Below, in pieces: positions 58,022 to 64,000 of a DNA stretch of 64,000 bases; position 1 is the stretch's first letter; the number at the start of each line of letters is the position of its first letter. Origin of the DNA: Candidatus Bathyarchaeota archaeon (GTDB taxonomy: Archaea > Thermoproteota > Bathyarchaeia > Bathyarchaeales > Bathycorpusculaceae); contig OY969706.1 of assembly GCA_963702095.1 (NCBI GenBank), positions 1,984,001 through 2,048,000 on the forward strand. Direction: 5' to 3'. Made by a program: the position numbers and the translations under genes. The notes beneath the pieces were generated by a model. That model was not told where the DNA came from, did no database searches, and worked only from the letters and a program-made list of their open reading frames with translations.

Positions 58022-58648
58022 ATGGCAACACCAATTGACTTCCTAATAATCTTTGCAACATCCTTTGCCCTAAACCTCATTCCGTTTGCGGGCCCCTCAA
58101 ACCTTCTAATTGCATCCACAGCAGCGATTGGTCTAGCCGGCGCCGACGCAGGCACCCTTGCACTTGCCGCAGTAACCGTTGCCCTTGCATCCGCCCTCGC
58201 AAAAGGCATCCACTACATGGTCACATTCTTTGTCAGTGGACACCTCAGCCAAAAACGTCAGCAGCGGCTGCATCAAGACGCAGACAAAATCAGGCGATGG
58301 GCTTTTCCACTGCTTTTTGCGGTGGCTGCCACGCCTTTGCCTGATGAACCGGTGGTTATTCCATTGGGGTTGATGAAGTATAGTCCGGCGAAGTTTTTCG
58401 GCGCTTACTTTTTGGGTAAATTAACGATTGCTATGGTTGGGGTATTCATTGGTAAAGAAGCCAGTAACATGTTTGCACCGTGGCTGACGCCTGACCAGAT
58501 CTTCATACTATCCATCGTTGTATCAATCATCCTAACAGTAGCCATCACCTATGTCCTCTTAAAAGTGGACTTAAACAAGTTAGCCGAAAAGTACATGCAC
58601 CGCAAACCTGCAGGGACACAAGAAAAGCCATATAAACCCAGCCAATAA
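58022..58648 (+). CDS. VTT/DedA-like membrane protein
   Basis: NLIPFAGPS, AATPLPDE..IPLGLMKY, FLGK. Confidence 0.75.
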   Translation: MATPIDFLIIFATSFALNLIPFAGPSNLLIASTAAIGLAGADAGTLALAAVTVALASALAKGIHYMVTFFVSGHLSQKRQQRLHQDADKIRRWAFPLLFAVAATPLPDEPVVIPLGLMKYSPAKFFGAYFLGKLTIAMVGVFIGKEASNMFAPWLTPDQIFILSIVVSIILTVAITYVLLKVDLNKLAEKYMHRKPAGTQEKPYKPSQ

Positions 58649-58668
58649 CCCATTTGAGACGATACAGT

Positions 58669-59169
58669 ATGCCAACCAAACAGCGTCGATACCCCTTAAA
58701 AATGAAAGAAGCAAAACAGGTCCTTGAAGAAGCATCTACCAAACTCAACATAAATGTGGAGGAGCTCTTCGGCGCCAAAGCCAACGTTGAAGTGGTTGAA
58801 TCCGACGTAGGCTTGATTTACCTCATCGGGGGCAAACCAGTCCTTTTCAAAGCTGAGGATAAAGTGTTGCCGACACTGCTTTTTACTGAATTCACAACTC
58901 AGTCCCCTAAAATAGTTGTGGATATGGGGGCGGTTCCCTATGTTTGCAAAGGCGCAACGGTGATGGCTCCAGGTATTGTGCGGGTCGAAGGCGACTTCGG
59001 CGTGGGCGATTTAGTGTTGGTGGCTGATGTTAAGTTTGGGAAAGCGTTGGCAGTGGGGGAAAGCCTCATAGATGCTGCAACCGCGAGAGTTACCAAGAAG
59101 GGACCGGTAGTCAAAAACCTGCATTATGTGGGCGATAAAATCTGGGATTACATAAAAAACATTGACTGA
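58669..59169 (+). CDS. PUA-domain RNA-binding protein (DUF1947 / MCT-1-like)
   Basis: VVDMGAVPYVCKGATVMAPGI, AVG, NLHYVGD.IW. Confidence 0.9.
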   Translation: MPTKQRRYPLKMKEAKQVLEEASTKLNINVEELFGAKANVEVVESDVGLIYLIGGKPVLFKAEDKVLPTLLFTEFTTQSPKIVVDMGAVPYVCKGATVMAPGIVRVEGDFGVGDLVLVADVKFGKALAVGESLIDAATARVTKKGPVVKNLHYVGDKIWDYIKNID

Positions 59170-59192
59170 ATAAAAAAAGGATGCTTTGGCTC

Positions 59193-59441
59193 CTACATTG
59201 GGCTTGCCATTGTTTCATGTGTAGGTGCATTTCGTGCTTTAAAGTTGTCCGAAGATTGCCTTACACGGGTTAATAGCAAGTCAATTTCACGCATAGCCTC
59301 ATCACGTCCCATCGTGTTGGTCCAGCCGTCCATTTTGCGGTCTTCGACTCTCTCAGCGATGTCGTCTGCAATACATTCTTCAAAGCCAGCGTGTTGGAGC
59401 TCATGCTTCAACTCACCCTTGTTAAAACTATCTTTAACCAA
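59193..59441 (-). CDS. small protein, possibly ATP-cone-like
   Basis: GGAGGTGA upstream; FNK.ELK..L..AG....ADDIAERV. Confidence 0.6.
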   Translation of the reverse strand: MVKDSFNKGELKHELQHAGFEECIADDIAERVEDRKMDGWTNTMGRDEAMREIDLLLTRVRQSSDNFKARNAPTHETMASPM

Positions 59442-59559
59442 ATAAGTTCACCTCCAAAAGAATCCTCAAATCCAGACAATACTGGAACGGTGTATAGCAT
59501 TAAAACATAAGTGACTGTGCCAAACCAACAACAGGGCAGGGCAAACAAAAGATGCTTCG

Positions 59560-59973
59560 CTAAAAAGTTGGGAAGAAGGGGGATGGATAAGCAATTCCGA
59601 AGAGGAAACCGAACAAAAGACTAATCACAATAAACACAACCCAAGCAAGAATCGCTATAGCTATCGCCCGCAGCCAGCCAGTACCGAAACTAACCTTATA
59701 CACCCCAATCCACGCTAAAAGCGCCAAAAGATAGGCAAAGATATAGGCGGTTGCGCCGACCACTGATCCAAGTGCAAAGCTAACCAGCCAAGTCACCAGG
59801 AAAAAAACGATGGGACCCGCAAGCGTAGCGAGGAGAGCTCCGCCAAAGCTGGCGTGTCCACCCGTCAACGCCTTTGCAGCTAACCAAACAGGAATAGAAA
59901 CAATAATCCAGAGAACAACCAGTCCAATAATTGTAAAAAGAATGCTTTCTAAGCTTAGAGCCGCGAAAATCAA
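59560..59973 (-). CDS. hypothetical membrane protein
   Basis: Four hydrophobic segments; probable TTG start. Confidence 0.7.
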   Translation of the reverse strand: MIFAALSLESILFTIIGLVVLWIIVSIPVWLAAKALTGGHASFGGALLATLAGPIVFFLVTWLVSFALGSVVGATAYIFAYLLALLAWIGVYKVSFGTGWLRAIAIAILAWVVFIVISLLFGFLFGIAYPSPFFPTF

Positions 59974-60066
59974 GCAAATATTCCTCAATAGAGATTGTGG
60001 GTGCTGCCTTTTAAGGGTTACCAATACACCGTTAACACCAAAACTTACCTATTAAAAGAGCACAAC

Positions 60067-60182
60067 TCAGGAAAACTCTTTTGCAAGCTCATCAAGTTCC
60101 CTTCGGCATTTATCGCATACTCCATCGTTAAAAAAAAAGTCCTCCTCAACTATTTCGGCGCCACATTACCACACTTTATCAC
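60067..60182 (-). pseudogene. 38-aa CxxC...CxxC microprotein, one base short
   Basis: GGGGTGA plus GTG; adding one base gives MIKCG(K)CGAEIVEEDFFFNDGVCDKCRRELDELAKEFS. Confidence 0.5.
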
Positions 60183-60352
60183 TCTTCACCCCTCTCTATG
60201 CGTTGAAGTAAAAACCGCTTATTCCGGATTGCAACAGGCAAGTCTCCACCTAAATAATAACTTGGCTGGAAATTTAAGACTTTTCAAAGATACCCACACG
60301 CTAACGGCTCGCCCAAAGCGTATAATACTCTTTAGCGGTATCTTCTCTACAC

Positions 60353-61122
60353 GTGAATGCAGTACAATCCCCATTGGTTGTCTTGGAACCAAAAGAATTC
60401 AGCAAAATCGCTGTACTGGGGACCTGCATGGCGATTACAAATCACTCAGCACCCTGCTTGAACAGGTGAATTTAGAAGGGGACTTGCTGGTTTTTTTGGG
60501 CGACTACGCCGACCGCGGCTCAAAAGGCGTAGAAGTTATCCGAAAAGTAGCCCAGCTTCGGCGTGAGCACCCAAAAAACGTGTTGGCATTAAGGGGCAAC
60601 CACGAAGATTACTCAGCCACTGGGGAGCCAAAGTTCCAACCCTGCAGCCTAGTCGGGGAAGCAGAAGCCAAAACTGGAAGTTGGATTGTCTATTTTGAGG
60701 ACGAGCTTAAACCCTTCATCGACAGCCTGCCCCTATGCGCCCTAATCCCAAACAACGCACTACTCGTCCACGGAGGCGTCTCAAGCAAAATCCGCGGCAT
60801 CGACGATTTGCGTGAGCCCTCGGATGAGCTGCGGACAGATTTGCTCTGGTCAGACCCCATGGATGGCGAGGGGGAGGAGCCGAATTGGATGCGGGGCGTC
60901 GGCGTGTTGTGGGGCAGTGATGTCTCCGAGATGGTTTGCCGCGCGTTGGGTGTGAAGCGGATTATTCGAAGCCACCAACCGCAGTTGGCAGCATCCAAAC
61001 CCCACTTAGCACATGGTGGCAGGGTGATAACGGTGAATGCGACCTCAGTATATGGGGGAACGCCGTTTGTTTACTTTCTTGACCCAGCTACTCCACAGAA
61101 GAACAGTTTCTGCAACAGCTAG
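60353..61122 (+). pseudogene. PPP-family Ser/Thr protein phosphatase, frameshift near 60420
   Basis: GDLHG, GDYADRG, RGNHE, VHGG, LLWSDP, IRSHQ; the N-terminus from GTG 60353 joins if one base is added. Confidence 0.8.
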
Positions 61123-61224
61123 TAAGCGAGTTTGGTTACTGTTTTGATGTAGCCACATACTCTTATTGGGTAATTCTGTTTCTTTGCTTTTTGAGGTAAA
61201 TTATGTTTGTCTCAGGATGAACGC

Positions 61225-61365
61225 ATGAGTATGCTTCCGCCTAAAAGGACTGCTGATGGCAAATACGTCTGCACAGTGGACAACACAGTTTTCGACAACG
61301 AAGACGATTATGATCGGCATTGTATGGCGGCGCATACGGTGGCGGGCGGAGGAAAAACCTGGTAG
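61225..61365 (+). CDS. 46-aa C2H2-like zinc-finger microprotein (C-x2-D...H-x4-H), not in ORF track
   Basis: MSMLPPKRTADGKYVCTVDNTVFDNEDDYDRHCMAAHTVAGGGKTW. Confidence 0.7.
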   Translation: MSMLPPKRTADGKYVCTVDNTVFDNEDDYDRHCMAAHTVAGGGKTW

Positions 61366-61567
61366 CAAATAGTCTCGCCGCAGCAGTAGCCCTTGTAGCT
61401 GTCACCGCCGTCCTAACAATACTGCTCCTGACTCCTTCAACCAGCAAATTGAAAAAAAGCCCTCTTGAAGGGTTAAATGGCGTGATAGCGATTGGTAAAA
61501 CTTATAACCCTTTTTAAAAATCACATACAAGTAAGTATAGAGGTTTTTTGGCGGAGGTGAATACAAT

Positions 61568-61960
61568 TTGAAGATTGGCGAACTAATACAAGAATCAGAC
61601 TGGCGCTCAGAAAAGCATGTTCCAGTCGTTGACTGTCCAGACACCGTCAAAAAAGACGAGTACTTCGAAGTCACAGCAGCTATAGGCAAAGAAATCGCAC
61701 ACCCCAACACAACCGCCCACCACATCAGCTGGATCACACTCTACTTCCTCCCAGAAGGCGAAAAATTCCCCTACCAAATAGCAAAATGCGACTTCACCGC
61801 ACACGGCGCCTCAGCTCAAGGACCCGACACAAGCACCGTATACACCAACCACAAGGTTACCGCTTGGATGAAAACCAGCAAGTCCGGAACAATCTTTGCG
61901 GAGTCGCTTTGCAACATACATGGGCTTTGGCAGTTCTCTAAACAGATAAAAGTGCAGTAG
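61568..61960 (+). CDS. sor: superoxide reductase (neelaredoxin / class II SORL)
   Basis: EKHVP, HPNTTAHHISWI, CNIHGLW; GGAGGTGA upstream. Confidence 0.92.
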   Translation: MKIGELIQESDWRSEKHVPVVDCPDTVKKDEYFEVTAAIGKEIAHPNTTAHHISWITLYFLPEGEKFPYQIAKCDFTAHGASAQGPDTSTVYTNHKVTAWMKTSKSGTIFAESLCNIHGLWQFSKQIKVQ

Positions 61961-62055
61961 CCACCCGACGAGGAGAGTGGTCTATTTGTCACTGCCCAAT
62001 TTTTTAATCCACTATTTAATAGACTTTTAATTCGGCAGTTAGCGCGACGACAAAT

Positions 62056-62426
62056 TATGAACGTGAAACGACAGATGAAGAGTTAGATAGGCAGCCAAAG
62101 ATTTGCAAGAGACTTGGGGTGAGGGAACGTTTTGGTGCGACGCCCGCTTTCCTCAGTCTATTTTGAAGCTTTGCCGTGCAGGTCTAGACGCTAAGCCCTA
62201 CACTTTCAAACGAGAAGATGGCTTGCGAGAACTTGGAAGCCGCCTAACACCTGCGAGTGATGGGCATCCCCGCCAGTTTGTAAGCAAACGCTGCGTTAAC
62301 CTCATATCAGAATTGTTGGAGTATCGGGAAGACGTCAAGGAAAACGATCATGCGACCGATGCTTTGCGGTATAGTTTGCCGCTTACAGCCGAAGAGAAGC
62401 CGTTTCTGTATATAGTTAGACGTTGA
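62056..62426 (+). pseudogene. C-terminal remnant of a viral terminase large subunit (nuclease domain)
   Basis: WCD..., FVSKRCVNLISELLEY, NDHATDALRY; no ATPase domain; frameshifted 5' part. Confidence 0.7.
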
Positions 62427-62503
62427 CGATAGTGAGGATATACCCCACGTAGCAAGTCGATGGTCACGAAAGTTGACAATATGTTCTAGCTATTAGCTCA
62501 GGC

Positions 62504-62525
62504 TTAGTCAAGAAAGTTTGACGAA
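62504..62525 (+). repeat. TTAGTCAA-GAAAGT-TTGACGAA imperfect inverted repeat with a 6-nt spacer
   Basis: 7/8 arm match; the left 12 nt are identical to 18211-18222. Confidence 0.65.
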
Positions 62526-62567
62526 TTCCCTTATATCATTCATGCATTCTAACAACATATTGAAAGG

Positions 62568-63713
62568 ATGGATGGTATGAACAAAGGTTCAGTCTTAGCA
62601 ATTGCTCTCATTTTTCTAATGTCATTGGGTGTGCTTCCATTTGCTACAGTAAAGGCCCAATCAACAACGATTGTTGTTCCCGATAATTATCCATCAATTC
62701 AAGATGCGATAAATAACGCTAATGCAGGTGATACCATTTACATCAAGACTGGTACTTATGTGGAAAATCCAGTTGTCAATAAATCGGTTTCATTGGTTGG
62801 GGAAGATAGGGATGCAACTGTAATTGATGTGACAGCAGGTTTGAAGGTAGAAAGCGATAATGTAACCATAACAGGCTTGACCATATATGATGGTTGGCAA
62901 GGAATAACAGTAACTGCAAACTATTCAAAAATTTCAGGAAACAAGATAACAGATACTCAATACGGCATAGTATTACTAAGTTCACAAAATAGCACTATAA
63001 CGGAAAATACACTTCAATCAATCGGACTTTCGGCAGCTATTCAATTAAGCTACTCAAACAACAATTTGCTTAAGAATAATTATATTGAATCGTGCACAGA
63101 GGGAATTCAGCTTAGAGCAGGCAGTTCAAATAATATGGTTATAGAAAATATCATAACAAACTGTCAAGATGTAGCTATACGATTACTAGCGGAATACTCT
63201 CCCCCAAGATGGTATAATCCAAACGGCAACACAATAATGCGAAATAATATCTCAAATTCAGGATGCGGAACATCCGTTTATGGTTCAAGCAATAACATCA
63301 TATCAAATAATGACTATGTTAACAACACCATACAGTTTTCTGCTAATGAAGACTATTATCTTACATGGGGCGGTAGTCATTCAACTAATACTATTGACCG
63401 AAACTATTGGAGTAACTATAACGGGACAGACGCTAATAGAGATGGCATCGGTGACACCCCATTCATTATAGACTCCTACAATAAAGATAACAATCCTGTT
63501 ATGGCCCCAATTCCAGTTACTTTACCTAATTATGGTCCAACTTCCTCTCCAACCCCAACCATCAATACTGGTCCGCATATGCCAGAAACAGAGCCGTTCC
63601 CAACTTCAACACTTTTAGTTGGTGCTTTGATTCTTTTAGCGGTTGTTATCGCATCAGTTTTGCTTTTTAGAAGGCATCGAAAAACCGCTAATTTGGGTAA
63701 GAAGAGTCTATAG
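62568..63713 (+). CDS. NosD-like beta-helix surface protein with an EPFPT-TM-basic C-terminus
   Basis: VVPDNYPSIQDAIN.A..GDTI, NYWSNY.G.D...DGIGDTP, EPFPT plus TM plus RRHRK. Confidence 0.88.
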   Translation: MDGMNKGSVLAIALIFLMSLGVLPFATVKAQSTTIVVPDNYPSIQDAINNANAGDTIYIKTGTYVENPVVNKSVSLVGEDRDATVIDVTAGLKVESDNVTITGLTIYDGWQGITVTANYSKISGNKITDTQYGIVLLSSQNSTITENTLQSIGLSAAIQLSYSNNNLLKNNYIESCTEGIQLRAGSSNNMVIENIITNCQDVAIRLLAEYSPPRWYNPNGNTIMRNNISNSGCGTSVYGSSNNIISNNDYVNNTIQFSANEDYYLTWGGSHSTNTIDRNYWSNYNGTDANRDGIGDTPFIIDSYNKDNNPVMAPIPVTLPNYGPTSSPTPTINTGPHMPETEPFPTSTLLVGALILLAVVIASVLLFRRHRKTANLGKKSL

Positions 63714-63814
63714 CAAACCATAAATTCATTCTATTTTTATACTGCTTATTGTGGTGACCTTGAACAATTTAAGTAGGAATCGTTTGGTCGGTGCGTTCGG
63801 AGCTATTGGTATAG

Positions 63815-64000
63815 CACACCCACAAAAGAAAAAACAAGTTAGCCCCTCCAAAGGGATGGGAGAGGCGGCAGAGCAACAGAGGCTTCTATGATCTTGATTG
63901 CTTCTGCTTGCAGAATCATATACAACCAGCTTGCAGACCGCAGAATCAGCCAACGCAAAAGCAGAGCCCATTGGAAGTTGTTGTGTATAGGGGGTTTCCT
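63815..64000 (+). repeat. degenerate non-coding repeat downstream of a surface-protein gene (runs off the window)
   Basis: Shares blocks with 57145-57180 and 19750-19776; ends ATAGGGGGTTTCCT. Confidence 0.65.

Noticed and set aside
59995-60352. N-terminal 120 aa of track ORF 59995-61122
   Set aside because: Not phosphatase-like; the real start is probably GTG 60353 with a frameshift
1-64000. CRISPR array, rRNA, tRNA, IS transposase, reverse transcriptase/DGR
   Set aside because: None seen: no regularly spaced repeats, cloverleafs or matching protein motifs by eye

Overview
Archaeal chromosomal window, most likely Bathyarchaeia (inferred from the linked LSm-rpl37e pair, GGAGGTGA ribosome-binding sites, TATA-type promoters, a TackOD1 protein and several beta-helix/NosD surface proteins). 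1-15.7 kb: divergent anaerobic corrin-ring (hemA, cbiX-cbiC, cbiD, E, T, L, F, G, H) and tetrapyrrole (sirC, hemB, hemL, hemC, cobA, hemD) operons, led by a domain-inverted CobB/CobQ-like amidotransferase. 15.7-27.5 kb: mixed housekeeping genes. 27.6-32.6 kb: accessory island (HicAB, VapBC, DUF2971, wHTH and PD-(D/E)XK-like genes). 33.8-50.7 kb: phosphate/polyphosphate cluster (CYTH, ppk1, CHAD-metallophosphoesterase-HD fusion, ppx, ppk2, histidine kinase, phoU, pstBACS, AbrB-PhoU regulator, HAD) with a recurring intergenic CTATATAG. 52-64 kb: an isolated intact tail-fibre gene, a terminase remnant and two more beta-helix surface-protein genes. Best candidate for an undescribed system: beta-helix surface-protein genes that sit in cassette-like units bounded by shared non-coding motifs (TTAGTCAAGAAA upstream; AGCCC..TGG.AGTTGTTGTG.ATAGG downstream), with related motifs at the borders of the toxin-antitoxin island. 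Several Cys/His-rich microproteins are missing from the ORF track. Many single-base frameshifts, mostly at homopolymers, suggest assembly errors. All product calls come from motif recognition by eye; no searches were run.
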